Positions 45,012-54,895 of a stretch of DNA of 64,000 nt are shown one piece after another. Each line of letters opens with the position of its first letter. The stretch's first letter is position 1. The notes below the pieces were generated by a model. It saw nothing but the letters and a program-made list of their open reading frames with translations, was not told the DNA's origin and searched no databases. The stretch is from Dehalococcoidia bacterium (lineage in GTDB: Bacteria > Chloroflexota > Dehalococcoidia > Lucifugimonadales > UBA3495): assembly GCA_965207025.1 (NCBI GenBank), contig OZ242258.1:858841-922840 (forward strand). The letters are read 5' to 3'. Position numbers and translations under genes: made by a program.

Positions 45012-45042
45012 TAAAACGAGTCTAGCATAGTTTCGGGCGAAA

Positions 45043-45996
45043 CTACTCTGTGTCGGGATGGGTGGTTATGAACCGGGAAGAGCGCTCCGGGTCCACGTGC
45101 GGGGCCCGAACTTCCACGCCGGCCTGTTCTTCCTGGAGCCGCACGGTGCTGCTGCTGTCGGCGTTGCCCCAGCCGCGGTTCATGGCCTGGAGGGAAATCT
45201 GCTGCGCCAGCGTGGACATGGGCATGGGCACGTCGTACTCGCGGGCCAACTCCGTGGCAAGGGAAATGTCCTTGTGGGCCAGGTTCAGTGCGAAACTCGC
45301 CGGTTCGAACTCGCCGCGGAACATGGTGCGCACCAGCCCCTCATGCAAAAATGACATCCGGCCCAACGCGCCGCGCCGCACGCATTCCCATAGCGGCTCA
45401 GGATCAACGCCGGCCTTGACCCCCAGCGTCAGCCCCTCAGCGATGGCCTGCCGAACGCTGTGTCCGATCATGTTGTGGACCAACTTGGCCACGCTGCCCG
45501 CTCCAATCTCGCCGGCGTAGAAGACCTTGTCGCCGAAAGAGTCCAGTATGGGCTTCACACGGTCGAATACTTCACGATCTCCGCCCACCATCACGGCCAG
45601 GTTGCCCGACGCCGCGCCCGTCTTGCCGCCGCTGACCGGAGCGTCCAGTACATGGCAATCCTTGGCGCGAAATTGCGGCTCGATCTCCCGTATCAGCGTA
45701 GGCCGACTCGAAGAGAGGTCGATGTACACGCCGCCGGGCCGGAGGCCCTCAAGCACTCCCTCCGGTCCGGTTGACACCGATTCCACCTCATACGGTCCTG
45801 GCAGCGACGTGAATGTGACGTCGCAGGCGGCCGCGACCTCGGCCGGCGTGTTGGCGAGTCTCGCCCCGCCTTCCAGCAGGGGGAGCGCCGCTTCCTCACG
45901 CAGGTCATAGACGACCATGGGATAGCCGGCGCGCTGGATGTTGGCCGACATGCCGCCGCCCATGTTGCCCAAACCAATAAATCCTACGGTTTCCAT
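45043..45996 (-). CDS. NAD(P)-dependent 3-hydroxyisobutyrate / 6-phosphogluconate dehydrogenase-family oxidoreductase
   Basis: The Rossmann N-terminus METVGFIGLGNMGGGMSANI, plus the DAPVSGG block. Confidence 0.85.
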   Translation of the reverse strand: METVGFIGLGNMGGGMSANIQRAGYPMVVYDLREEAALPLLEGGARLANTPAEVAAACDVTFTSLPGPYEVESVSTGPEGVLEGLRPGGVYIDLSSSRPTLIREIEPQFRAKDCHVLDAPVSGGKTGAASGNLAVMVGGDREVFDRVKPILDSFGDKVFYAGEIGAGSVAKLVHNMIGHSVRQAIAEGLTLGVKAGVDPEPLWECVRRGALGRMSFLHEGLVRTMFRGEFEPASFALNLAHKDISLATELAREYDVPMPMSTLAQQISLQAMNRGWGNADSSSTVRLQEEQAGVEVRAPHVDPERSSRFITTHPDTE

Positions 45997-46094
45997 AAGC
46001 TGTCACATCTCCATGCGACCCGCCTCGGCGGGTAGATGGCGGCAGTATAACCCACCCACCGGGCGCACCGGTCGGATGCTATAATTTACCTAGA

Positions 46095-46168
46095 TGCCCC
46101 GTGGTGTAGCGGTAGCACGTCAGCCTTTGGAGCTGTAAGCCCTGGTTCGAACCCAGGCGGGGCAGCCA
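46095..46168 (+). tRNA. tRNA-Gln (anticodon TTG)
   Basis: Hand-folded cloverleaf: acceptor 1-7/64-70 with U1-A70, U8, D stem GTGT/GCAC(GU), anticodon loop CTTTGGA (anticodon 46127-46129), T arm CCTGG TTCGAAC CCAGG, discriminator G, and an encoded CCA. Confidence 0.9.
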
Positions 46169-46228
46169 CGCCGTCCTGCCCTTGATGGAGCGTCCGCCTT
46201 TCCCAGGCTTAGCGGTCAATGCAAGCCG

Positions 46229-47626
46229 TTAGTTCCTTCGCTCCAACAACAGGGGCATACCGCCTTTCGGTCTCAGGGACACCAGCGGCACCAGTTCGAT
46301 GGTGTGTTGCGGGTCGTGGCTCATGCTCCAATGCTGGCCCATAGTCGCCAACAGCAGCTTGGCCTCCATCCAGGCGAAACCCTCTCCAATGCAGAGGCGT
46401 GGCCCGCCGCCAAAGGGAAAGTACGCGAATGCTGGGAGGTTCTCACCGAACTCCGGCGTCCAGCGGTTAGGCTGAAATTCCAGCGGATCGTCAAACCAGC
46501 GCGGATCTCGCTGTATGACAAACGGCGGCGATACCAGAGCCGCCCCGGCAGGAATTTGGTAACCGCCCAATTCAATCGGCTGGAAAGTCATCCGCCCGGT
46601 GGACCAGATGGGTGGGTAAATCCGCATTGACTCGGTGAGTATCCGGTCGGTGAGGGTAAGGTTGGGCAGGTCGTTCACCGTTGGGACACGTCCGCCCAAA
46701 GTTTCGTCCAGCTCGGCGTGAAAGCGTGCCTGTACTTCGGGATGCGTAGCCAGCAAATACCAGGTCCAGGTCAACGCCATAGCCGTGGTTTCGTGCCCGG
46801 CGGCGAACAGCGTTATCACTTCGTCCCGCAGCTGCCGGTCGGTCATCACGGCGTCCTCGGGATTTTCCGCCTCTTCGTCCCTGGCTTGCAGCAGCAGCGA
46901 GAGCAGGTCGCTGCCCTCCCGGTCGGACTGCCGGTGCTGTTCAATCAGGTCATAGACCGTTTCGTCCAGGAAGGCCAACTCCCGCTTGAACCGTCGGGTG
47001 AAAGGCAGCGGCATACTATGGAACAGATTGCGGAGGCCAGGGGGTTGATTGTCCCGGGCCTTGATGTAGTTGTTGCTCAGTTCAAAAGACGCCCCGATGC
47101 GCTGCACCGTGTCGGCCAATTCAAGGTCGAAAAGGGTCTTGACGACGATGTGCAGGGTCAGCTCGCTCATTTCCCGGGCCATGTCAACCCTGTCCCCGTC
47201 CCGCCAGCGCTCTTCGTGCCTCAGCGTGAAGTCTGTCATAATCTCGCCGTAGCCCTCAATGCGGCGGTGGTGAAACTGCGGCTGCATCAGCCGGCGTTGG
47301 CGTAGATGCAGCGGGCCGTCTGCTGTAACCAGCCCCATGCCGAGCAGGTATCGCAACGTGTCAGTCAAGCGTCCGCGCCCGACGCTCCGATTGTTGACGA
47401 CCAATAGCTCCCGCACCAGTTCCGGGTGGTTGACCAGATACACCAGAACCGGCTTGACCGACACCGTAACCAGGTCGCCGTAAGTGGCGGCCTCGCGCAT
47501 CAACCCCAGCACGTCGGATACGTAGCGGAAAGACTGCCCTACGATGGGCAGTTCCCGCGGACCGGGGGGCAAGGCAGCCCGGTCAATCACTGGTTTCGGT
47601 GGATAGGGCAGAGTATTGACGTTCAT
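46229..47626 (-). CDS. cytochrome P450 (paralog 1)
   Basis: Heme-binding FPFGGGPRLCIGEGFA, I-helix AGHETT, ExxR, and an N-terminal PPGP motif. Confidence 0.9.
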   Translation of the reverse strand: MNVNTLPYPPKPVIDRAALPPGPRELPIVGQSFRYVSDVLGLMREAATYGDLVTVSVKPVLVYLVNHPELVRELLVVNNRSVGRGRLTDTLRYLLGMGLVTADGPLHLRQRRLMQPQFHHRRIEGYGEIMTDFTLRHEERWRDGDRVDMAREMSELTLHIVVKTLFDLELADTVQRIGASFELSNNYIKARDNQPPGLRNLFHSMPLPFTRRFKRELAFLDETVYDLIEQHRQSDREGSDLLSLLLQARDEEAENPEDAVMTDRQLRDEVITLFAAGHETTAMALTWTWYLLATHPEVQARFHAELDETLGGRVPTVNDLPNLTLTDRILTESMRIYPPIWSTGRMTFQPIELGGYQIPAGAALVSPPFVIQRDPRWFDDPLEFQPNRWTPEFGENLPAFAYFPFGGGPRLCIGEGFAWMEAKLLLATMGQHWSMSHDPQHTIELVPLVSLRPKGGMPLLLERRN

Positions 47627-47629
47627 AGT

Positions 47630-49078
47630 TCACCTCCGGGCAGCGGCGGCGCCGACGGGCGGGCTTGCTTGCACGGAGTGGCGTCTTTCTAGGAACATCG
47701 GCATCCCTCCCTTCGGCCTCAGGGAAATCAGGGGCAGCATCTCTGCCTTGTGTCTGGGGTCGTGGCGCATGGTCCAGCGCCGCCCGATTGTCGCCAGGAT
47801 CAGCTTGGCCTCCATCATCGCAAAGCCCTCGCCGATGCAGCGTCGCGGCCCGCCGCCGAATGGGTAATACGCGAATTGGGGCAGGTTGGTTTTGAACTCA
47901 GGAGTCCAGCGATCCGGCCGAAACTCCAGCGGCGCGTCGAAAAACCTCGGGTCCCGTTGCGCGATCAGCTGCGGGGCCAACAGAAACGCCCCGACCGGAA
48001 TGTGGTACCCGCCCAGGTCAAACGGCTGGAACGCCATCCGCCCCCAGAACCAGATGGGCGGATAAAGTCGTAAGGCCTCTTCCAACACCTGGTCCATGAA
48101 CGTCAGGTTAGGCAGATCGGCCAGCGTCGCGGCGCGGTCGCCGATAACCTCGTCCAGCTCGCCCTGGAACCTGGCCTGCAACTCCGGGTGCGTCGCCAGC
48201 AGATACCACGTCCAGATCAGCGTCACGGCTGTGGTCTCGTGGCCGGCGGCGAACATCGTCACCGTTTCGTCCCGCACCTGTTCGTCGGTGAGGGCTGCCG
48301 TGCCTGATCCTGCGTCCCCATCGTCCTCCAACCGGGCCTCTAATAGCAGCGACAGCAGGTCATCTCCCGGCTCGGCAGCAGCGCGCCGCTCCGCAATCAG
48401 CCCGTAGATAATCTCGTCCAGGTCGGCCTTGGCGCGCTTGAACCTCACGCTGTACGGCAATGGGAGGCGATGGAACAATTTGCGCATCCGGGGTGGTTGG
48501 TTCGCCCTGGTAGTGATGTAGTTGTTGCTGAGTGCAAAAGCCGCTCCAATCCGGCGTACTTCATCTGCCAGGTCGGTACCGAAAAGCGTCTTGACCACGA
48601 TCCGCAACGTCAGTTGAGACAACTCACGGCCCAAATCCACTGGCTGGCCATCTGCCCAATCGTCCTGGTGCGCCATGGCATACGACTGCATGGTCTCCGC
48701 GTATCGTTCGATGCGGTCTCGCCGGAGGCTGGGTTGAATCAGACGCCGTTGTCGCAGGTGATCCGCGCCCGTGGCGGTGATCAGACCGTTGCCCGTCAGC
48801 AACTTCATCACCTCGGTGTTCGGACCCCGGTCCACCTTCTGGTGGTTGGTGACTATGAGGTCCCGGATCAGATCGGGATGGTTCACCAGGTACACCAGCG
48901 CCGGTTTGATGGAAAGCGTGACCAGATCGCCGTACTTCGACGCTTCCTGCATGAACCCTATGGGATTCCACATATACCGGAAGGTTTGACCTACCAGCGG
49001 CAACTCGCGCGGCCCCGGCGGCAGCATGATCCGGTCAATCGCCGGCCGTGGTGGATATGTGGTTTGTGCGGACGCCAT
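47630..49078 (-). CDS. cytochrome P450 (paralog 2)
   Basis: Heme-binding YPFGGGPRRCIGEGFA, AGHETT and PPGP motifs. Its stop lies 3 nt from the start of paralog 1. Confidence 0.9.
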   Translation of the reverse strand: MASAQTTYPPRPAIDRIMLPPGPRELPLVGQTFRYMWNPIGFMQEASKYGDLVTLSIKPALVYLVNHPDLIRDLIVTNHQKVDRGPNTEVMKLLTGNGLITATGADHLRQRRLIQPSLRRDRIERYAETMQSYAMAHQDDWADGQPVDLGRELSQLTLRIVVKTLFGTDLADEVRRIGAAFALSNNYITTRANQPPRMRKLFHRLPLPYSVRFKRAKADLDEIIYGLIAERRAAAEPGDDLLSLLLEARLEDDGDAGSGTAALTDEQVRDETVTMFAAGHETTAVTLIWTWYLLATHPELQARFQGELDEVIGDRAATLADLPNLTFMDQVLEEALRLYPPIWFWGRMAFQPFDLGGYHIPVGAFLLAPQLIAQRDPRFFDAPLEFRPDRWTPEFKTNLPQFAYYPFGGGPRRCIGEGFAMMEAKLILATIGRRWTMRHDPRHKAEMLPLISLRPKGGMPMFLERRHSVQASPPVGAAAARR

Positions 49079-49123
49079 GAGCTACGCCGCTCGCATCCCT
49101 TCGATGCACCGACTGGGCGCGCG

Positions 49124-49462
49124 CTAGTTATCCAGGGGGATCGTTGCGGTCAGTCGCGGCCCGTCGCCCACCGCGCGGGTCGTGTGTCCCTGGCCGGTTA
49201 AGTCCTCCGCCAGCATGGCCTGCCCGGGACCAAATCTGTGCATCGAACCGTCGCCGAGTCCGATTTCAACCTCGCCTTCCAAGGTGATGACGAACTGGCG
49301 GCGCGGAGCGCAATGCCAGTCGCTGAAGTATCCCGACTCCACCCGGCGAAACACAATGCCGCTGGTGTCCTGCATTGCAGCCAGTTCGGGATGCGTGTCC
49401 AACTCCAGATGCTCGATATGAGATTGGCCGTCGTCTCCGGTATAAAGCCTGGCGATTGGCAT
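49124..49462 (-). CDS. cupin domain protein
   Basis: 112 aa with a small beta-barrel pattern (WHCAPRRQFVITLEGEVEI...G). First gene of the cupin-P450-P450 unit. Confidence 0.6.
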   Translation of the reverse strand: MPIARLYTGDDGQSHIEHLELDTHPELAAMQDTSGIVFRRVESGYFSDWHCAPRRQFVITLEGEVEIGLGDGSMHRFGPGQAMLAEDLTGQGHTTRAVGDGPRLTATIPLDN

Positions 49463-49576
49463 GTGGAGCCTCCTTTCGTGTTCGTTGAAATGTTCCGTTT
49501 CATTCTATCAAACCCCCAGGCTCCCATGCTTGGGACGGTCCCGCGCCACTCCGCAATCTGAAGAATGCGCCCTTGT

Positions 49577-49605
49577 TGAGGATGGCATCCCTACTCCGCT
49601 ATAAT
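49577..49605 (+). promoter_or_regulatory. sigma70-type promoter (TTGAGG-17-TATAAT) upstream of dnaJ
   Basis: TTGAGG at 49577-49582, a 17-nt spacer, and TATAAT at 49600-49605. Confidence 0.45.
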
Positions 49606-49637
49606 CAGAGCCTAACCTGTTGCTTTTACGTAATCAT

Positions 49638-50906
49638 ATGCCAGTCGATTATTACGAGACCCTCGGAGTTGACCGGGCGGCTAACGACGAACAGATCCGT
49701 CGCGCCTTCCGACGCAAAGCCATGGAGTTCCATCCGGACCGGAACAAAACTCCCGGCGCCGAGGATAAGTTCAAGGAAATCAACGAGGCCTACCAGGTCC
49801 TTAGCGACCAGGAGAAGCGCTCCCGGTACGACCGGTTTGGGCACGCCGGCGTCAACGGCGGATCCGACCGGCCTTTTGACGGCTTCGACCCGTTCGGCGG
49901 TTTCGGCGACATTTTCGACACCTTCTTCGGCGGCGGAGCTCAGACGGCCAGGCAACCCCGCGCCGGCGAGGACATCGCCCAACGGGTGCAACTGACCTTC
50001 GAGGAAGCCGTCTTCGGCTGCGAACGCGACATCGATATCCAGCGCGTCGAACCGTGCCACCTCTGCTCCGGCGCCGGCAACGAACCCGGGACTCCGGTTT
50101 CTACCTGCTCCACCTGCAACGGTTCGGGTCAGGTTCGACGGGCCCAGCGCAGCGTTTTCGGACAATTCGCCGTAACCTCCCCCTGCTCCGCCTGCAACGG
50201 CTCTGGACGCTATATCGAAACCCATTGCCACAACTGCCGCGGTCGCGGCTACGAGCGGCGCCAGCGCACCCGTACCGTCACCATTCCCGCCGGCGTCAAC
50301 GATGGTATGCAGGTGCGAATCACGGGAGAGGGCGACGCCGGCGCTAACGGCGGCCCGCCGGGAAATCTGTACGTGCAGGTCAGGGTGCAAGAGCACCCGT
50401 TGTTCGCCAGGGAGGATGAAGACTTGTTGCTGCGGTTGGATCTCAACATCGCGGAAGCCGCTTTGGGCTCTACCAAGCTGGTGCCTACTCTGGAAGGCGA
50501 ACAGGTTCAACTGGACATTCCCGCCGGCACCCAGTCCGGCCGCGTGTTCCGCGTCCGCGGCTATGGAGTGCCCAGATTGCGCCGCGATGGCCGTGCCACC
50601 AGCCGGCGCGGGGACATCAGGGTAGTCGTTGATGTTAACGTCCCTCAGCGGCTTAACAAGTACCAGCGGCAATTGTTGGAAAACTTGGCTTACTCATTCG
50701 ATAACCGCGGCAATGCGCCGCCCGGACCCGCCAAATCTCAGTCCGACCGCCGCCGTAAATCGGGAAATTCTGCCCAGCCGGAAGCCGAAACCGATGAACC
50801 CCCCTCGGCCAGCCCAGCCCAGGACACCGCGGAGCCTTCCGGAGAAGACAAACAGAAAGGTCTATTTGACCGTATCAAGGATACCTTTGCCCCCGGCGAC
50901 GACTGA
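49638..50906 (+). CDS. dnaJ: molecular chaperone DnaJ
   Basis: J domain (DYYETLGV...HPD), a G/F region, four CxxCxGxG zinc-finger repeats, and a long acidic/Pro-rich C-terminal tail. Confidence 0.93.
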   Translation: MPVDYYETLGVDRAANDEQIRRAFRRKAMEFHPDRNKTPGAEDKFKEINEAYQVLSDQEKRSRYDRFGHAGVNGGSDRPFDGFDPFGGFGDIFDTFFGGGAQTARQPRAGEDIAQRVQLTFEEAVFGCERDIDIQRVEPCHLCSGAGNEPGTPVSTCSTCNGSGQVRRAQRSVFGQFAVTSPCSACNGSGRYIETHCHNCRGRGYERRQRTRTVTIPAGVNDGMQVRITGEGDAGANGGPPGNLYVQVRVQEHPLFAREDEDLLLRLDLNIAEAALGSTKLVPTLEGEQVQLDIPAGTQSGRVFRVRGYGVPRLRRDGRATSRRGDIRVVVDVNVPQRLNKYQRQLLENLAYSFDNRGNAPPGPAKSQSDRRRKSGNSAQPEAETDEPPSASPAQDTAEPSGEDKQKGLFDRIKDTFAPGDD

Positions 50907-50990
50907 TCGGTGGTACGTACATGGCGCTGGCCGCTACTTCATTTCCCACTGCTGTTCCGACATATCTCTCCTGACAATCCTTCCAGCCCG

Positions 50991-51851
50991 ATGTCTTGGC
51001 ACGAACTCAGCATCACCGTTCCATTTGAGTACGTGGAGCCGGTGTCCTACCTCTTTGAACGTTACGGCTACGGTCTCAGTGTGGAGACCAAACCGGGCGA
51101 CCACGCGATTCTGCGCTCCTACCTGCCCAGCTTGTCCCGCCAGCGGCTCGCCCACATCGAGGTCGGCATCAAGCTGGCGTCTGCCGTCGCAGACCTGGGC
51201 GAACTCCAGATCACTCCCCTGGGAGCCGACGAGGACTGGCGCGATTCATGGAAGCGGCACTTCACCCTTTTGCGCGTTGGAAAAAACCTGGTAGTCAAAC
51301 CGTCGTGGATCGAATATGAGCAGCAGCCGGGCGATGTGGTCATCGACCTCGATCCCGGCTTGGCCTTTGGCACCGGCTACCATCCCACCACCTACTCTTG
51401 CCTTGAAGCTTTGGAAGAGTTGGTCAGACCAGGACACTCCCTGCTAGACGTGGGCACCGGTTCCGGCATCCTGACCATCGCTGCCGCCAAGCTCGGCGCT
51501 GGGCATATCACGGCCGTGGATATTGACGGCCATGCCGTCCGTGCCGCCGGGAAAAACTTCCGCCGCACCGGAATCTCCGACCGCGTGTCCGCCGAATCCG
51601 GTAGCATCCCTAATTCGGCCACCCGCGGGCGGACCTACGACATCGCCGTCGCCAACATCAGCGCCCGCGGTATTCGCATGGTGTCGCCGGCGATCCCCGA
51701 CTTGCTCCGCGCCGACGGTGTATTTGTCGCGTCGGGCATCATTGTAGATCAGCACGACGAGGCGGTCTCCGCTATATCTGATGCCGGTCTCGTCGTGGAT
51801 GAACTGCGCCAGCGCGAGGATTGGCTGACTATCCTCTGCCGCCACGGTTGA
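50991..51851 (+). CDS. prmA: ribosomal protein L11 methyltransferase
   Basis: DPGLAFGTGYHPTT, the SAM motif LDVGTGSGILTIAA, and the classic position after dnaJ. Confidence 0.88.
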   Translation: MSWHELSITVPFEYVEPVSYLFERYGYGLSVETKPGDHAILRSYLPSLSRQRLAHIEVGIKLASAVADLGELQITPLGADEDWRDSWKRHFTLLRVGKNLVVKPSWIEYEQQPGDVVIDLDPGLAFGTGYHPTTYSCLEALEELVRPGHSLLDVGTGSGILTIAAAKLGAGHITAVDIDGHAVRAAGKNFRRTGISDRVSAESGSIPNSATRGRTYDIAVANISARGIRMVSPAIPDLLRADGVFVASGIIVDQHDEAVSAISDAGLVVDELRQREDWLTILCRHG

Positions 51852-51866
51852 TGGATCTCTCTGCCC

Positions 51867-52885
51867 ATGGAAATTTTGTCGCTTGATCGGTTTGAACTTG
51901 TGGGGCCACTTGGCAGCGGCGCGGATTATGAAGTGCGGGCCGCCGTTGACCGGGAAACCGGGCAGCAGGTGGTTTTAAAGCGGCCTTCGCCGCAGGTTGT
52001 CCGTCGCCAGATGCACGGTCCCATCGAAGAACGCACCACCCGAACGTTGGAAGCCTACGAGAGGGCCGGACAACACTGTGATGCCGTGCCCCGCGTGCTC
52101 GGTGTTACCGAGGCGGTCATGCACGACTCCTTTTTCGGTGATGACGTGGGCCAGCCCTATCGCGTCCGCGTGGAGGCGCGCGCGATGGGCATCCCCCTGG
52201 TGGGCGACCCACGCAGCCGCATCTTGCGGGTCCCTATCGGCCTCGGACAGAACCTGTTTGCTTTGCACCCGTTGGTTCTGCCCGGCGGCGCCGATCCCTG
52301 GCCCGTGCAAACGCAAATCCTGGCTGCTCAGGAGGTCTTTCAGGCTGCCGGTTATACCTTGCTGGATATGGGCCCGCACAATGTTTTCTACTCCCCGGGT
52401 TCCGGGCGAGTCTCGCTTGTGGATGCCTCGGCTCTGGTTGGGCATGGGGTTGAAACATCCGTGGGCAATCGCGGGCCTCAGGATGTCCACGATTTCTGCC
52501 TGGAGATGCTCAAGTTCTACGTCGCTCCCGAACTGCCTCCCATCGACCCCGCCGGTTACTACGATCCATACAATCAGCGCCCGGTGATCTCGCTGGAACA
52601 GGAGTGTGACGACTTGACCCGGGCCTTCTCGACTGCCGACGCCAATGTCAGGGATGCCGCTGAGTGTGCCTCGGGAAAATCAGGGCCCGCAGCTATGGTT
52701 CCGTTGCCGAATTCACCGGGGACTTGCAGGATTGTTTGGCTCAAATTACCATCCGCTGTGATGGCATGTCCGATCGGGACTCGGCGGTGGATGCGTGGCG
52801 GAGCGCGTTGGGGCGGCTCGCCGAAAGCCACTGGACACGATATGTATTCGACGCAGACACCGAGTTGACGGAGTTGTCTGCCTGA
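51867..52885 (+). pseudogene. atypical protein-kinase-like gene with a -1 frameshift at an AAAA run
   Basis: GPLGSGADYEV (G-loop), VVLKRP (Lys), LLDMGPHNVF (D..N catalytic loop) and LVDAS (DFG-like). After 52676-52679 the plausible reading continues in another frame as IRARSYGSVAEFTGDLQDCLAQI...TELSA. Confidence 0.55.
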
Positions 52886-52923
52886 TCATCCACAGTCTTT
52901 AACGCAGTGAGGGTTGAAGTGCT

Positions 52924-53598
52924 ATGTTGACCGGTTCCTTGGCAATTATTCACGACAATGCGGCGCACGGCGAGGATAACTACCTCACCCGTGACTTGGG
53001 TGGGGGAAACTTCCTGGATGTCGTTCTGGACGGCGTCACCGGGCATGGGGGCGACGAAGCCAGCGGGTCCGTCGCCGATGCTCTCCAACAGGCGAGCATC
53101 ACCGGCCCGGGCGATATAGTGGCCGTACTCGAGGAGATGAACTCCGATTTCCACCAGGTGGGTGGGGGCCGGTTCCTACTGACCACCGCGTCGGCTGCGC
53201 TGTATCTCAACGACAAGCTGCACATCGTCTCTGTGGGAGATAGCCCTATCTATGTGATTCGCCCCGATGCCTACGAGCAGTTCAGCGGGCGCATGGGCGG
53301 CCTGATCCGGCTTGGAGTGTCCAAGGCCGTGGGAGCGGAAGCCACTTTGTCGGTCTTTCAAACCGAGTTGGAGTTGTCTGCCGCCGACCGCCTCGTCTGC
53401 TGCACCGACGGCATCAGCGACAACCTGCTCGGCGACGAGCTCATGGAGATCGTCAGAGAGTCGGCCGACGCTGATGAAGCCTCCGGCCGGGTCAAGGCGC
53501 TGGTGGACCAGCACATTGAGCAGGGCCGGGACATTCGATTCCGGGGCGGACGGTTCCGGCACGACGACGAGACCGCCATATTCCGATTCTTTGCGTAA
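52924..53598 (+). CDS. PP2C-family Ser/Thr protein phosphatase
   Basis: GEDNYL, VLDGVTGHGG, VGDSPIY and TDGISDNL motifs. Confidence 0.8.
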   Translation: MLTGSLAIIHDNAAHGEDNYLTRDLGGGNFLDVVLDGVTGHGGDEASGSVADALQQASITGPGDIVAVLEEMNSDFHQVGGGRFLLTTASAALYLNDKLHIVSVGDSPIYVIRPDAYEQFSGRMGGLIRLGVSKAVGAEATLSVFQTELELSAADRLVCCTDGISDNLLGDELMEIVRESADADEASGRVKALVDQHIEQGRDIRFRGGRFRHDDETAIFRFFA

Positions 53599-53759
53599 GG
53601 TTAGGCGATTCCGGCCCGCCCTTTCCACGTGCCTCGTTCTCCGCAGCCTCCGCGCCCGGTGTGTTAGACTGTCTGGCAGCGTATTTCACTCGAACACGAA
53701 CGGTTCGACTGCTTTGAACAACGGTAGCCGACCATTGTTGGGCCGCAAGGAGATCTCAA

Positions 53760-54863
53760 TTGGGCAAGATTAACGTTGCCATCATCGGCGTGGGTAACTG
53801 CGCTTCATCTTTGGTCCAGGGCATTCACAAATATGTCGAGGTGCCCGACGACCAGCCGATACCCGGCGTGATGCACAACCGCATCGGAGACTATCGCATC
53901 GAGGACATCGAGGTGGTGGCGGCTTTCGACATTGACCGCAACAAGGTGGGCAAAGACCTGTCCCAGGCGATTTTCACCGAGCCCAACAACACCATTAAGT
54001 TTGCTGACGTGCCCCATTTGGGCGTCCCTGTAGAGCGCGGCATGACCCACGACGGAATCGGTCGCTATCTTTCCGATGTCGTCGTTAAATCGCCTCACAG
54101 CACCGCCGACATTTCCGGCATTCTGCGCGACCGGGAAGTGGATGTGGTCATCAATTACCTCCCCGTAGGCAGCGAGATGGCCACCAAGTGGTACGTGGAA
54201 CAGATCCTGGACGCTCGTTGCGCCATGATCAACTGCATACCCGTCTTCATCGCCCGCGAAGACTACTGGCGTGGCCGGTTCGAGGAACGCGGTGTCCCCA
54301 TCATCGGTGACGACATAAAGTCCCAGGTCGGCGCAACCATCGTCCATCGGGTTCTCACTCGCCTCATGGAAAACCGCGGCGCCGAAATCGACAACACCTA
54401 CCAGCTCAACTTCGGCGGCAACACCGACTTCCTCAACATGCTGGAACGCGACCGCCTCGTCTCAAAGAAAATCTCTAAGACCGGCTCCGTAACCAGCCAG
54501 ATGGACGAAGAGCCTGAAGCGGACGCCATTCACATCGGCCCCAGCGACCATGTGCCCTGGCTTCAGGATCGCAAGTGGTGCTATATCCACATCGACGGCA
54601 AGGTCTTCGGCGGCGCTCCCGTCAAAATGGAGGTCAAGCTGGAAGTGTGGGATAGCCCCAACTCCGCAGGGGTGGTCGTGGACGCCATACGCTGCGCCAA
54701 GTTGGCTATGGATAACGGACAGAGTGGTGCCGTGTTCGCCCCGTCCGCCTACTTCATGAAGAGCCCCCCCATCCAGTTCACGGATGCCGAAGCCCATGAT
54801 ATGGTCGAGGCCTTCATCGCTGATCCTGCTGTCAATTCCGTACAGGTAACGGCGCGAAGCTAA
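53760..54863 (+). CDS. ino1: inositol-3-phosphate (myo-inositol-1-phosphate) synthase
   Basis: [27 protein letters not shown] and GDDIKSQ.GAT blocks. TTG start with AAGGAG upstream. Confidence 0.85.
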   Translation: MGKINVAIIGVGNCASSLVQGIHKYVEVPDDQPIPGVMHNRIGDYRIEDIEVVAAFDIDRNKVGKDLSQAIFTEPNNTIKFADVPHLGVPVERGMTHDGIGRYLSDVVVKSPHSTADISGILRDREVDVVINYLPVGSEMATKWYVEQILDARCAMINCIPVFIAREDYWRGRFEERGVPIIGDDIKSQVGATIVHRVLTRLMENRGAEIDNTYQLNFGGNTDFLNMLERDRLVSKKISKTGSVTSQMDEEPEADAIHIGPSDHVPWLQDRKWCYIHIDGKVFGGAPVKMEVKLEVWDSPNSAGVVVDAIRCAKLAMDNGQSGAVFAPSAYFMKSPPIQFTDAEAHDMVEAFIADPAVNSVQVTARS

Positions 54864-54895
54864 CGCGCCGCGCTCCGGAGAAGGCGGGCGTGGCA

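Noticed and set aside
44666-45030. ORFs 44666-44860, 44676-45014, 44746-45030 (+) and 44755-45006 (-).
   Set aside because: They fall entirely within the RNase P RNA gene.
49463-49637. A heat-shock regulatory element (CIRCE/HAIR or a sigma32-type promoter) upstream of dnaJ.
   Set aside because: There is no TTAGCACTC-N9-GAGTGCTAA-like inverted repeat and no CTTGAAA/CCCCAT pattern. Only a sigma70-like TTGAGG-17-TATAAT is present.
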